Notes under the pieces: generated by a model | What the model was told of the DNA's origin: nothing | What the model saw: only the letters and a program-made list of their open reading frames with translations | Database searches by the model: none | Translations under genes and position numbers: made by a program | Part shown: piece after piece, positions 34,701 through 48,900 of the stretch | How positions within the stretch are numbered: position 1 is the stretch's first letter | How the letters are laid out: each line of letters begins with the position of its first letter | Origin: Iphione sp. A-MEVVRFRX5 | Taxonomy: Eukaryota | Direction: 5' to 3' | Length of the DNA stretch: 64,000 nt | Assembly: GCA_976226885.1 (NCBI GenBank) | Contig: OZ320319.1 | Coordinates: 22,630,001-22,694,000 of the forward strand

Positions 34701-37533
34701 CATCAGTGTGGAAACCAGCCCTAAGTCTATTACTTGTGTCTAGAGGCAAAACCATCTTCCCTCAACTAACACTTACAAACTGCTATTATCAATTTATAGT
34801 CCAGGAATGTAATGAGGATCTGTCATCATAAGAACACATCAGGTGCCTTTTTTGTAATTTACGATTATGTAAAATGACGCTTTCAGATTAAGCGACAGTA
34901 TATCAAATGGTGGTTCAAAGGTTTCTCTGCCTGTTGATAGTGATAGAATGGACAACGAGAAAAGCCTTTCTGACTCCTTAATGCCCTACTTAATAAGAAG
35001 AGATAAAGTCTTGGTTCAGCATACGCTGATGTGAAAATAAACCCTTTCTTCTTCTTAAAAAAAACGTGTTTTTTTGTGAAGGGTAGTGAAACGTGCTTTG
35101 TCGGGGGACGAATGTATCAATTTTATAAGCTTTCCTACGTATATACCACAAAACAGCTGGGAGTACAAAGAAAGAAGGTTACAGAGAATTTATAAAAATC
35201 CACTGTGGAATTAGAGAGCAGATCAACACTAATAAATACGTCATAAAGTTATAGGCCGCTTCAGCACGAAAGCACATTTCGTAACCTATAGACCGTCTTC
35301 AGATACGAACATACTCTGTATACAAATACACAGCTCTGCCTCGTCCTCAACAGCGAGAACTCTATAGTTACGGAAGAGGAATTTGTAGTTTCAGCTTTTG
35401 CGTAAATTCTGGCATATCTAATGTTTGTCTTTTAAGTAAAGATCCAATATTAATACCATTATCATAATAGTGTAGCAAAGACAGGTTCTGTCTCGCTAAT
35501 TGAGGGCGTAATTCTGGAGTATGTGTCTAGGATGATTAGTAATTCATTCTAAAACACCATTATGTGTTTTAGAGCAGGTCATGTGGCCACTCCATTATTA
35601 AGGTACTCTGGTATCTACTCCATTAAGTAATGGAGTAGCCAATCCGAAATTGAGGACCTGCTGTTTTTGTTCATTGTCTTATGCAACTTTCTCTCGGAAT
35701 GGCACCGTTGTGTGACCTATGCAGTATATAGAGCCTGTACCGTTTCTGAAAAAAGAGACATTCTGTCACTGCACTATAAGAGGGTTACACCCAGTAGAGT
35801 TCTACACTTGGAGTGAACAAAATATTTCAGTGTGGACTATTTCGCTAACCATCACTCTTCAGGACCCGGCTTATATTACAATAAGTTCACATTTTCTAGA
35901 AGACCTCAAGCCAGCAGCATCCCTTGCAAGAATCAGCTGAATTTATGTAGCTTAAGGTCGATATCAATCAGTGGTCATTTTGTAAACTATGAGTGATTTA
36001 ATAAACACTCTACATTGCATAACATAGTTACAAGTATTCATGGACTAAAGAGTATTTCGGTAAATGCCGATCAAAAATAATGCTAGTCATTCATGACCTT
36101 GGACTCAGAAAATATCCTCGACCAAGATTAGTGGTAAATCTAACCGTCGACCACAGGTCAGAGCTCATGTGCACATTGATTTTCATTGACACAGTGTGAG
36201 GTCAAGTTTAGTTAGCTATGTCACCAATGCTTGTCAAAAGAGTGCTGGTCTGCTTAGAACCTGTCTACCGCAGAAGTTTGTCTCTGTTCGGATAAGAAAA
36301 AGAAACTCCATTTCGAACCTACAAGAGGTCTCCTTGTCGTCCCTTCTTACGATGGAACGCATGTCCTCATTCTACCTATATACATGTAATCATGAAACGA
36401 TGAACGCTCAATCATTTTCATAAAATTGAAAGTTTCAAGACTACTCAAAATTCACCCGAGGTATTGAGCTGGTATGTTCTATCCTTACTTACATCGTTAT
36501 AATATTTCGTTTTTACCCACCGGATATTTCCATTTTGTCAGCAATCCACAATAAACTTTCATGCATAAAACCATCCTTTTAAAAAGAATAGATCAAATGC
36601 TAACATTCCCCGACTGCAAGGATGACACAGAGTGGGGCTGACTCGCCAACCCTTCAAGGACCCAAACCTCACGGCAAACGTAGTCAACCTGGAATTGGTC
36701 ATCATAAATCCAAGGCTAGCAGTGACAGGGTTACTTCGCCGGTATGAAAAGGTCAACCCAGATGATCCAGATTTAGGGACCTCTTTAAAGGGTTTCAAGA
36801 GTTAGGTGGGCTCAATACTTCTCCTTGACATTATGGTTTATGTCCGGTTTATGAGGTATAGGTTGCACTGCGACTTTTCTAGTACATCAATAAGATATAT
36901 TGCGGCGGTTTGGTCAAGGATGGCTAGAAAATTATCCTCAGAAAGATTATCCTCAGAGAGTGGCTTTTTTCAATCTCTAGGGTGTTGGGTACCAAATGTG
37001 TTACACATTATATTTCTATAGTTCAAATAGTAGATATTGAATAAGAGACGAAAAAGACGGTACTTGCTGTATTTTGATGTCTGCAGAATTTTAGTCTTGC
37101 CTTCATGTGTGCCGGCGAGCATTTTCATCTGTGTGTGTTCATTAATTTTACTTACGAATGTTGCCTCCATGTGTTTCTCTGTATGTTTTCATGTGTATGT
37201 GCGTACGTGTGTGCGTGTATGTGTGTGGGGTGGAGTTTGAAGAATATCGGCCTTGATGTCTTCAGAGGAAATAAATCACAGCTCCTGCTGGAAGGGGGGG
37301 GGAGCTGAAGTTGGATGGGTACCAAAGGGAGGCGTGAGAGGTTGGGGACTGGCCGCCCGGAGATAGGGCCACCCTGTGAGGCTTAAATCGACGGGAACGG
37401 CCGAGAACTGACGAGAACTGACTATAAGCGCGCCACCTGTAGAGACGCTACAAGCCGCCCTGTTGGAATGATAAGGGTAATTGTTCAGGCGTCGGCAGCC
37501 TCGCTTGCGCCGAGGCACGTGCTGATTGGCTAG

Positions 37534-37585
37534 TTCTGTTTGGCAGGCCGGGGCGCCCGAGGGCACGCCGGCCTGCCAAACAGAA
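37534..37585. repeat. Perfect 18-bp inverted repeat with a 16-nt GC-rich spacer (hairpin/cruciform)
   Basis: TTCTGTTTGGCAGGCCGG (37534-37551) and CCGGCCTGCCAAACAGAA (37568-37585). Confidence 0.9.
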
Positions 37586-39589
37586 AAACTATTGATTATT
37601 GATATGAAAAATATAGCGCGTTATATGTAAATTACGTCGGGTATATCAGACAAAAGGAATAAAGGGTGGGTAAGTTGGGAGTGGAGATAAGTAGACTATT
37701 GTGCGAGACAGAGAGGGAAGGAGCAGCTAAGGAATCTGGATGGAAAAGGAAATTACAGTAATAATGGAAGGCAAAGTCTATATGTTGAAGCGAAGCCGTG
37801 ATGTCTGTGAGAAGCGATCGTGCCTGGAAATTATCGTCACGATGTCGACAGATTAGAAAGGAATGGATGAATAATATAAAAGTCAGATGAAGGGACAGGC
37901 AACCAGAGGACAGAAAAAAAGATTTAACAATATCAGAGGGAAAACAGGAACATATAACAATATGGGAAGAGTAGCGAAATCGAATGAGGTACAAAAGAAG
38001 AAAGAGAGGGCACAGAGAAGGGACAAAAGTGAGTAGGAGGGCCGAGGTATAGAGAAAGAGAAACCGACGGATAGGTAGACAGATAGGCACATGAACAGTG
38101 AGACAGACATACAAACGGGGAAACAGCGCAGACAGAACGTAGCCCTAATATGGACAGAAAAAGTAAAGTTTTAAAAGCAGAAAAGACACGGTCAGCACTA
38201 TTTTTCCGGAAATACCTATGGTTAATCCTCAAGTCGAACTCAAATGTCTGTCGTATCAAGTTGACAACCGTATTGCTGCATTATAAAGAAATAACACAAG
38301 CAATCCATCAAACTTAACACCAGCCTTGAACGGACACTTGAATCGTTATCGCAGTGACCATTCCGAATCTTTGTCAGAATTTATATTCCGTCACAAACGG
38401 ACTGAGACGTTTACATCACCTATGCTCTGACGGCGTTTGAATAGGAAAAATAATCACAATAAACGATGGATTTGCACCGCACACAGTTATCAGCTGTAAA
38501 AAGACAAGGACGAGAGAGGGCAATCTTTATTTAGGGGGGCGGGTGTTTCTCCAGCTGGAAGGTGATAAATTCCAGGCACTACCATTCAGGACAGTTTAAT
38601 GAGGCAGGCATTCTGGAAGATGCTAAATCTCTGTATTATCAAAAGCAAACCACTGAAGCAACTTTAAGGCGTGTGCTGGGACACAGGCATTGTCATCGTG
38701 GTGGGGTAATAAACTCTGCAATAACTATCACTTCCGCCAACTTAAGCGCCACGTGACGAAAGCAGGCGCCAGAGTCAAACAGTTCAAGATGAGCTTAGGC
38801 TTTATTTCCAGTTGACAACGAGACTATTGTTTTTTCTGGGATCATTCATAAAACCATGTCTTTTAGTAGGAGTATAGTTTGGCTTCCGGCATATCAGCAT
38901 TGAATTAATATGTTGTTTGATCCAAGACTGTTTTCTAATACAACCCATTGAGTAATTATTCATCAAAGAAAAGGATTATATACAATCAGCATAATCAGTT
39001 ACAATTATAGGCTATAAACGTATGCCTTTCTAGACGGTGCGGTGCTGTAAATTTAAAGAATCGAAGATCTTATGGGAGACCTTTAAGTTTTAAGCATGCC
39101 TACCAAAAGATATTCTGATTTGACAAGATGTACATGTACGTGACCTGAATCAACAAGGAGACCTTTTCCTAATAAACGTGTGTTGTCAAACTCAGTGAGA
39201 ACATCCTGCAACCAATGTCCGGCTACCTACAGTACCCATCCTACTCACTACAACTCATGTCCTGCTCAATACACCTGCTTTCCTATTACCTACAACACCA
39301 TTCTGTCCACTACAACTGCCATCCTGATACCTACATATACTACCCTACTACCTATCCAGCAACTCAGAGAAGGTCCTGCTACCTAAAACTGCCGTCCTGC
39401 TCACTAAAACCACTGTAATCTCTCCTGTGTTAGTTCATCATACATATACACCTTATTAGTGTATGTATGTACGTGCGCGAATACAAGTTTATGTGTATGA
39501 AGACTCACGAGGGAAACCAAACAAGGGTTGAGACCAAAATTGATCAGTCCCAAACTTGGTTGCCCCTGCGGGTTTTGACCGAACTTCAG

Positions 39590-39750
39590 TAAAACACATA
39601 GATATCAGCGCGGACATCATGAAGTACACCGATATTTCCTCTTCAGTGCAATACACAAATACTGCTTCTTCCGTGAAATACACGTATATCATCTCCCTCG
39701 TGTAATACATAGAAAGCACCTCTTCCATGAAGTGCACAGATACCACCTAC
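39590..39750. repeat. Degenerate 27-bp minisatellite (~5-6 copies)
   Basis: tg(a/c/t)a(a/g)t(a/g)ca(c/t) recurs at 39620, 39647, 39674, 39701 and 39728. Confidence 0.8.
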
Positions 39751-40337
39751 GCCATGCCGCTCCTCACGCAAGCCTGATGGACCTATTTGCAGTCACCTTC
39801 CTCCCGACACATCCATACATTTAAATCAAACTGCCATCATGGAGGACAGCCCACGTGACCAGAACCTAACCCTTGGGGAGGAAAGCCGGCACGGAAACTC
39901 TCTGCTCTCGCAACTTGTACAACTGGGATGGTGTCTAGCAGTGGCGAGTTTGCCTTGGGGATTCCCAGAATATCCGTCGTATGTGTGAAGGAAAAGCGCT
40001 CACTGCACTAAAATATCTCCCATATTCAACCCCCCACCTGTAATGGTAAGCGCTAATGGTGGGCGTACTGTTGTGTTTTCTTCAAATCAGCGTGAAGATA
40101 TATTTTATTCCATATAGAGAAATGAGAGAACATACATGTATACCGTAAATAACTAAATTTGCCTAATTTGATGTCAGTAACAGTTATCTACAAGGGAGGA
40201 CCAGATTCAGCATTATATTGTATTCCTTATAGCAGAAAGCAAACTTAGGAACACATGCCCAATAGGGACAGGTCTCTAATAGGGACACTTTCAGGGAGAA
40301 CACATTATCTGTTTTATATATTAATCGAAGTCTGTAA

Positions 40338-42910
40338 CAGCAGCTAGAAAACCTCCAACTGTGACACTGATCATTCACTTGTTGGGGCAATAGTGTGCCT
40401 TTAATCAAAGTGGATCCACATCTCCAAGCAGAAAGGGTGGCCACACATCAACACTGCGGTGATCTCTACAGCAGATCTCCTATTAATTGACAAGGCCCTC
40501 AAGGATTGCCCAACTAGCAATACAGAGGAAAGGTGGGGGTACATCTGTGAAGCTATCTACAACTCTGCCATAAACACCTTTTGCAAGCAGGAGAGGAGAA
40601 ACCCAGACTAGTTTGAGGCTAGGATCATAGAACTCAAGCCAGCTATTGCAGCACTATTAGACTATATGAGGGAACCTTCATAGAAAACACTAATTATATG
40701 CAGGATGGCCAGAAACAATATCCAGGGCATTGCTATGAAATGTGCCAATGACCACTGGTTTAGCATATGCCAGAGCATCCAACTAGAGTTGAACGTCCCA
40801 ATTACGGTCACCCTGTGTTCTTGTCTGCATTTCAGCCGTGGCCACTTTGTAGAACTGTTAGTAGGATATTGAATGGGGGTCAAACGTAGCACTGAATTTG
40901 ACCAGTAAGAGTCCTAAAAGTACTACATTTGCCCAGTAAAAGTCCTAAATGTACTGAATTTGACCAGTAAAAGTCCTAAAAGTACTAAATTTGACCAGTG
41001 AAAGTCCTAAAACTACTGAATCTTATAAGTAAAAGTCCAAAAAGTACAGAATTTGACTAGTAAAAGTCCCAAATGTTTTATTCATGTCCATCTTTGAAAA
41101 TGACTTCTGAGGCCTCCCTGGAGCCCCAAATTCGCACGACAGCACCTCGTCCGCAGGGTTATTCATCTCTGCCTTTCAAAATGACTTTTGACGCCTCCCT
41201 GAAGCCCTCAATTTGCGCTTAAGCAGTGTCCGAAGGGGACACTCTGTAAAATTAGCTGTCCTTATTCTAGATATCTGGGTATAACGCTCAACAATATGAA
41301 AGCCCTCGGTTCTTCTTCAAATGGTCTGCATTTGGGATGCGTCTGGATCCCAGACGTGTCTGCAAGGGGACGTCCCACTGTATATACTGACTATAGGAAC
41401 ACACATGCCATATACGAGGGCATGAAGAATGTGCTCAGTCCAAGTGTCACCAAGATTGCACCACTAAAGTCTAAAACCATAACAAGCCATGGCAGGCAGA
41501 TGGACACATAGGCAGACCACTACCAGCAGCTGTACTCATGGGAAAATGTTATCACTGACTCAGCAGTCTAGTATATCAAACCCATGCCAACCATGGAAAA
41601 ACTTGATACTCCATCCTCACTGGGAAGTGATGGCATTCCAACCAAGGTCATTAAAGCTGGGAAAGAAACCTAATTCCTCAACTACCTCCATGAGCTCTTA
41701 CTGCAGTGTTGGGAGGGAGGAACAGTTCCACAAGCCATGCAAGATACCAACCTCACATTACTATACAAGAACAAAGGAGACCACAGTGATTGCAATAACT
41801 ACCATGGGATCTCTCTTCGCAGCATTGTCAGCAAGGTCTTTTCCTACATAGTCCTGGACAGACTTAAGTCACTTGCAGAGGGTATCTACCCAGAGGTGCA
41901 GTGTGGCTTCAGAGAAGGAAGATCAACAGTCAACAGGATAGGATGCCCCCCAAGCTCCTAAAATGATTATCTCTTTCCATGAAGAAATGAGAGGCACTGT
42001 CCAGTACAACGGATCATCTTTAGAACCCTTTCCAATCTGTAGTGGTGTGAAACAAGGATGTGTCCCCACTCCAATGTTCCTCAGCATCTTCTCCCTGCTG
42101 CTGCAGTACAGCTTTAACCAGTCTAAAGATGCATCTACATCCACACAAGAAGTGATGGGAGTCTTTTCAACCTTGCTCATCTCTGTGGAAAGACCAAGGT
42201 TCACCTTGGGTGTGCACACTGAGGATGAACTACAACAACTCATCAACCACCTGGCAGATGCAAGTAATGTGTTTGGCCTGACCATAAGCATCAAGCAGTC
42301 CAAAATTCTGGGTCAAGATGTCAGTGCTGACTCAATGCTTTTCATCTATGCTGTCTGAGGGCGAACTTGGGTATCACCTGGCAGGATCATATCCCAAACA
42401 AGGACGTGCAAGCAAAAACAAAAATACCAAGCATGTTTGCCCTTCTCTCACATAGATGTCTACACTGGTTGGGTCATGTCATATGCATGCAAGATGGCTG
42501 GATCCCCAAGGACACCCTGTATAGTGAGCTCACCCATGGCTTCCAGACCCACCAGCAGGCCAGCCCTGTGATTTAAGAATGTCTGCAAGCATGACCTGAA
42601 GGCTGGCAACATCCATCCAGATGACCTCAAAACTACAGCTGCTGATTGATTTTCTTGGAGACATGCTGTTAAGACCAGTCTTGAGCTGAGTGAGGGGAAG
42701 AGAGGAGACCATTGGAAAATAAAGGGAGAGTGCAAACAACAGCAAGTACAATCAAAGTTTACAAAGATACTTGCAGGCTTTGCCTGCAGTTACTGCAATA
42801 AGCTTTGCCGTTCAAGGATAGACCTGCACAGCAACTGCAGGTGCTGCCACACAGACTAACCAAGGCACAAACTGCCCCCATTGTCTCCCAAGACAGACAG
42901 ATGCCAACCA
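40338..42910 (+). mobile_element. 5'-truncated, degraded RTE-clade LINE
   Basis: End of the APE domain (CDTDHSLV), RT motifs (DGIP; LLQCW..GTVPQAMQD; LYKNKGDHSDCNNY.GISL; QCGFR.GRST; GVKQGC), a C-terminal C-x2-C zinc-like motif and an RTE-type 3' end (gacagacagatgccaac). Flanked by a 17/20-identical direct repeat at 40318-40337 and 42911-42930. Confidence 0.88.
40890..41075. repeat. 31-bp minisatellite, 6 copies, inside an insertion that interrupts the RTE
   Basis: Unit consensus tactgaatttgaccagtaaaagtcctaaaag. Confidence 0.92.
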
Positions 42911-45900
42911 ATATTAATTGGAATCTGTAATAGGGACATATCTCAATTAGGGACGGTTCTGGAAAGAACCAAAAGTGTTCCAATTAGAGACTTTTAACGG
43001 TAAATCACTGTATGACTATTTTCCGGATCTCTTTATACCCTTTCCGGATGGAAATTAGAAAGGAAGTGTCAAAGAAAATACAGCAATTCATATTTCAAGA
43101 CCAAAATATTCAGCTCCACATTTAACTGTGAACTTTTTGTCCTGATACTAAAAACGATAAAGATGCTACGCCTTTTCGGAATATTGCATCCCAGAAACTC
43201 CAGCTGATATCAAGTGTACGGCTTGCCTCCCCCGTGGGAACAAGTGTTCTTATTGGTGCTTGGGGGATCTGTTCCTTCCCATAATGCTCTGTGGTATGAT
43301 AATGTCACAGTTGATACTATCTGAAGTACATTTGGATTACTCATTTTGAAATATTGCTGCCAAACTTGTATACAGTGAGGAACATTGCATCATTAATGCT
43401 ATAGTAGATAAGGTTTCACTATCACCGATGTTTCACGGAAAAGTGGTTTTCGCATGCTGCTGTTTAAAATATTGCTCCAAATGGAGGTTGGAATTTAGTG
43501 TGGAGTCGACTTAGGTCGCTTTCTGGTTGCATGTAATTGTTATCACTACCTGTTCCGTATTTCGTCTCTGTCTGTTCAACTACTAGACTAGTTTTCTCAG
43601 TGAAATCTAGTGTGGGTAAGGTCTTTGGTGTGAGATAACACCTAGTCCAGAATTGGAATGTTCTGTCTGCAGGCCCATAGCCAGGAATTGTTGTAGATAC
43701 CCCTGATACCCCAAAGGTAGACCTCCTGTAAACCATATATACTCTATGTAAGCCTATAGGCATTAGGTTTTGTGGGGGGTATCAGACAATACCCTTGGCT
43801 ACGGGCCTGGTCTGGACAGGCCAGTCAGCATACTGAAATCTATCAGCACTACAACTGTAAAATCATAATTGAAAGATATTTTTATTGCAAATAGCCATGG
43901 TTGGTCTGAGTGGGTGTATTTAGCAACGTTCTCTCTTGTCTTGTGCGAGAGTGACTCACTACAGCAATCTGCCACTGTAGTTCACTAGAATATATCACAA
44001 TAGATTATACTTCAATAAAATAGTCGTAATTGATTGAAAATGTCAGAAAAAAAGTTTGTTATGGCATAATTGATAGTTTAGCAAACGGTTATTTAGCCAC
44101 TGACGAGAGAAGCTGCCACGGCAATATTCAAGATGAATAATAAGCAACCACAGCTACTGCAGGCGTATATAAATTATACCTCTTATTTCACCTGATAGCA
44201 GGCGCAACAGTGCATAGAAGTGACTTTATATTGTACTATTGATACATTGCTCGGATAGTTTACCTATTTTTCGCCATAGTCTACGAACGTGCAGCACAGG
44301 TTTCCCTGTATCACAGATAAATGAGTTGTTCTCATATACAGAGGCACCTTTCTATCGCTGAACGTTTTAATCATCCTTTTCCCCGCCAGCCCATTGCAAG
44401 AACCTTGTACAGTGCTTACATACATTCTTTCGTTCTCCAATTTCTCACTGAAGTTGTGACAGTGCGACATTCTTTCTCTTATTGCCCATCAGTGAGTCTT
44501 CTCCAATGCCTAACGGGGCGGTCCCCAATGCAGACATTCGTGTTTCTATTTCTTTCTGCAATGTTTTGATAAAGTGACATACTTTATCCTAGATGTTTCC
44601 TATTTGGAGAATCCCACTTAAAGGACATTTATTCTCGTCTATTTCTGATATGTGAGTTTTATATGGATGCATTCGTGCTTCTATTGCTTACAGGATTTCT
44701 TATGTTGAGCCATTTGTTATCCTCTTCCCTTATATAGTCTCATGCGGAGGCACCCTTTCTCTTATTCCTTGTCCATATTCAGGTGTCCTCCCCCACAAAG
44801 CTACTAAAGAACCGGCACAGTTATCAGCTTATGACATGATTAATTCACAAAGCTTTTCATACCCTTGACTCTTGTTTTAGCTGCTCTCTCATCTAACACT
44901 TTCAATGCCTGATTTGTCATGGCTCCATGGCTGAAATTAGCAATGCAGCAAATGATGGGGCGGATTTGAGCAAGGCACAAGTTCCTAACAATGCGGCGGT
45001 CAAGAGGCAAAGTATCCGTCCCTCATTCAGAGTACACTTTTCCGACTGTGTCCTCCTACAAACATTTCTGTACGTGCTGAATTCTGAGCACGTTTTATCC
45101 AGTATTTATGCACTCCTAATATTAATAGAGGTACCGTTATGTCCATGCATTATGGACCAAGAACAAATACAGTCGTCACCTACTCCTGGCCATTACTCTC
45201 ATTAGCTACACCTTCACTCAGGCCACCTTATTTCATATTCTTTGCTTGAGAGTTGTACATATAGACATGGCTTCTCACACAGTCATTTCACTCTATCCTA
45301 ACTACCGGTTCCAACAGCAAACCCCCCCACCCCCCACCCCCCCTTCTTCCAAGCTTCTCTACTTTCCCCATCGCCGCTTCCAATATGGACTCTGCCGCTC
45401 TTGGTGATAGGTGGTCATGATTTACGTCCACTTAGCGCCTTAAACAACATGGCTGCCACTTCCTCTGCTGCCCCCCCCCCACCCTGCCTCTCCACCTACA
45501 TTCCCTCCACTTCACCCCCTCCTTTCTGTCCTATGGGCACCTCCTATTCCACCAAACCCTCCGCCTTTCCCCACCTCAACACCATTCGCCGCTTGTTTCG
45601 TTCATTGTATCGATTCATTAATCCCAAGAAAGTTACCAAAAATTGCAGGATCAGATCAGAAGTGGCATTAAATATTTACCTGACAGAGGGCGCTTGCAAG
45701 GCTTAAACATCTTCTCGTCATAATTTCAAAACTGTTCTTTCCTTGAAAAGTGCTGCAGGAATAAAATGGAAGGCTAGGCCCAGACCGGTTTAATCTGGAC
45801 TTTAAATTTATCTGTAAGTTGAAGAGTGAAGAAGAAAAAAAGATTACGACATTCTGTAAATAGTCGGTTGACCTTCTTAATGCTGTAAGTGGCCCCTTTC

Positions 45901-48900
45901 AACTGGGGCCACATACATCAATGATAAAAGGGCGCAATGTGACTAGTGTTGTGGAACAGCAGCCCTGGGAGCTAGTCACATATGCGCATGCATTAGATCT
46001 GAGGCAATATTTCTTTACTGCCATGTTGGTGTAATGGGCGGGCTGTAGTGAGCTTCGGGGGAATACTCCCCTGAAATATGTTTTATGGGGATTGTTTCCT
46101 GCCTTGAGCATATGCGGTCAGATACGGGAGTCACCCCCCAGTGAGAAATCGGTAGAAGAACGTGACATTTCCTTTGGTTGTTGTTTGCGAAGATGCCTGC
46201 CATCAGACTGATGGACTTAGAGGAGATTGGCTTCACGCATATCCCAGAAATTTCGAGGCTAATGGTCAATTATCTACATGATATTTCCATAAAGTAATGT
46301 GGTGTGTGCATGTATGTAAGCTGTGTGATCCATCAGACAAAACACCTTGAGCCATCCGTTGCGCTTAAGGATCGTACTGCGCATTTAAGGTACTGCATGT
46401 ATTGTATTAGCTGCAATGCAGTAGGATGAATACTGCACAGATTTCTTCAGACCAGACATACGTCTAGACAGTATACTATTTTTAGAAACTCTTATGTAAT
46501 ACTGTCATACATAAACCACATGTTTTTTCAGAATAAACAGACCCTTTCTCCTTGCACATGCAAGATAGATCACATGCACAACAGTTTAGTGTTATTGGAG
46601 TGAACCAGATTCTTTATCTTTGCTAACTTATTTCATCTTTGAGCTCATCCAGACACACACACGTTACCGTATAAGCGCCCGTGATTCCACAAATGAGTCT
46701 GTTAAAGAGAACTATAAGGAATACCTGTTTACGACTCGTGTAGAAAAACATGATAGGAATCATGATTTGGGCGTCCAACTCCAGTGATTTTGCGAGGTGC
46801 ATCAACGTTCTTCCGCTGTTTTAGAGGTCAAAGAACAAAAAGAAGTATACATTTGTGGCAATGATTCAACAAAAGTGGGGAGGCATGCAGAAAGGGGTAT
46901 TTCATCTTGAGGGAGCTGTTTTCCTCCACTGCATTCCGCTTATAGTCCCTCACCTTTTGACAAGGTAATATTTATTCTTGTCAAAACGTTCCCCGAGGGA
47001 AACCATCTCTTTTTCCAAAGTTTTCTCGGTTGTTTCATACGAGGTCCACGCGAGACATCTCACCAATGAAAATGACTCGTTTTGGAAACCTTGTGCTCTC
47101 TGCCTTCCGTTATATTTCGTTCATGCCGTATGTCTTTCGTTCCTCTTCGTCTCCTTTTTAGGCATATTATTTTTCCTCTTGTGCTTTTTGTTATACATGT
47201 TAATGTATCTGTATATCAGTTTTTCTTATTTATTTTTCCTGTCCTTCCTTCAATATCTTTAATAGTATTGCTACTCCCTCTACTTCGGTTTCTTCCTCTT
47301 CTTCTCATTTTATTTTTCTATATTTTCTTCTCCTGCATATGCCTTAATGATGTGCTACACTTTTGTGTTTGTTTGTTTTCCTTCTCCTTCTACCCTGACC
47401 AAGCTGTTCGGTCAGTTTTTCATTGTATATTTTTCTCAGTCCTACGTCACACCTTGTAAATAGGCCTATGCATATTCTTGTCAATTCCCTCATGAAAGGA
47501 GGGTAGGAGTAGGTCACACTTACCTCATCCTGTCCTATCTCACACTTTCACGCAGTAGTTGCTTGGATAATATGTGCTATGTCGGCGCTGTATGTCTGGA
47601 AGGCCTACTGAACGAAGGATATATTGAGGGCAACCTAGGAGTAAAGGCAGTTATTTATGGAGGGGACATTGGTGAGTTTGTCACGCCATCGTTGGTCGGG
47701 TGTGGCGAAGGCAGTTCAAATTGAAATTGCTACAACTGTCCTTGGTGTCTTAAAAGGTGCATTTCTATATTTTTAGGAGGAAAGAGCTGGGTGTGTTAAT
47801 TCTTCATTTGGCAGCAAGCTCCTAAACATATTGTATATGTTGTCTACATGTAATAAAGCTATTTTAGGAAGCGAGTGGGATGAGCTTCTGAGGTGATGGG
47901 CCTTTTGTGAACTAGAAACATAGTTATTGAATTCAAATAACATATTCACAAGGTTGTTATTGGAGAATGTAATGACTAGTTCTACTGCTAATGCTGTCAT
48001 TACCACTATAAAGAGTGTTGGTGAGGCAATTTAGACAATAGCTCCACACACAGCTGCTTGTGGTTGGGGATAAGTTGCTTGGACCGCACTAGACAGTAGC
48101 ATGACTGTGGTCCAAGCAGATGATTTTCCAACCATGGACAGTCCCCTTGGGTGTTGGTATTGCCTTTATTCCATGCATATTTAGAACGAATTTATGTTTA
48201 TATAAGAAATTTTTAAAGGGTTTTGTAAATCTGTATAGTAAGCAAGCCTTTCATCATTTTTATTTTGTGAATTCTGGTTGCCTGGTAGCAGGTTCCTAAT
48301 ATAACATGTCTTAGTCTAGCAGCTAGAGTGCTGGCAATTAGTAGATTTGAACAATTGACAAAATAAAGAATCTGGTTCACTCCAAATACATGAAAATAGT
48401 TGTACATGGGAGATCTTTCTCTAGAGTGCAAAGAAAAAGGACCTGTTTATTACAAAACATACTTATATACTTCATGGCTACATAACATTTGCTAAAAACA
48501 GACACAATGTCTAGACATATAATCTGGACTAGAAGAAATTGTGTAATCATTACATAACTGGTGCCAAATTAAGCTACAGACTCTTATTGCACCAGAGCCA
48601 TATATGTCACATATGTCACAGTTACTTAACTATGCAATACCTTATACGCAATACATTCTGTCTCATATTCAAAACTTCACTGGAAGTGTATCACCCCAAA
48701 TGGAACAGTACCAAACAGAATGCTGCCAATTCATGCACACACTACACTAACATCATCATATGGTGTATAAAGCATAGGTACTCGTTCAACTATGCAAATG
48801 CACAAGGAATAGGGTGTTTGTTAACTTCTAGTTTGTGAGTGAGTTGATCTTTTTAAAAAAAAACATATATTGGGAGGGAAATATGCATTAAATCGCTTTA

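Larger units (their letters stand above)
40260..43010. mobile_element. Small GGGACA-rich MITE-like element split by the RTE insertion
   Basis: Left part (aatagggacaggtctctaatagggacact) and right part (tagggacatatctcaattagggacgg...gtgttccaattagagactttt) join into a layout like the MITE at 63098-63275. Confidence 0.5.

Noticed and set aside
40890-41075. CRISPR-like periodicity
   Set aside because: Head-to-tail units without unique spacers, in a eukaryotic context; a minisatellite.
44260-48150. Possible degraded LINE 3' ends
   Set aside because: Too decayed to assign.
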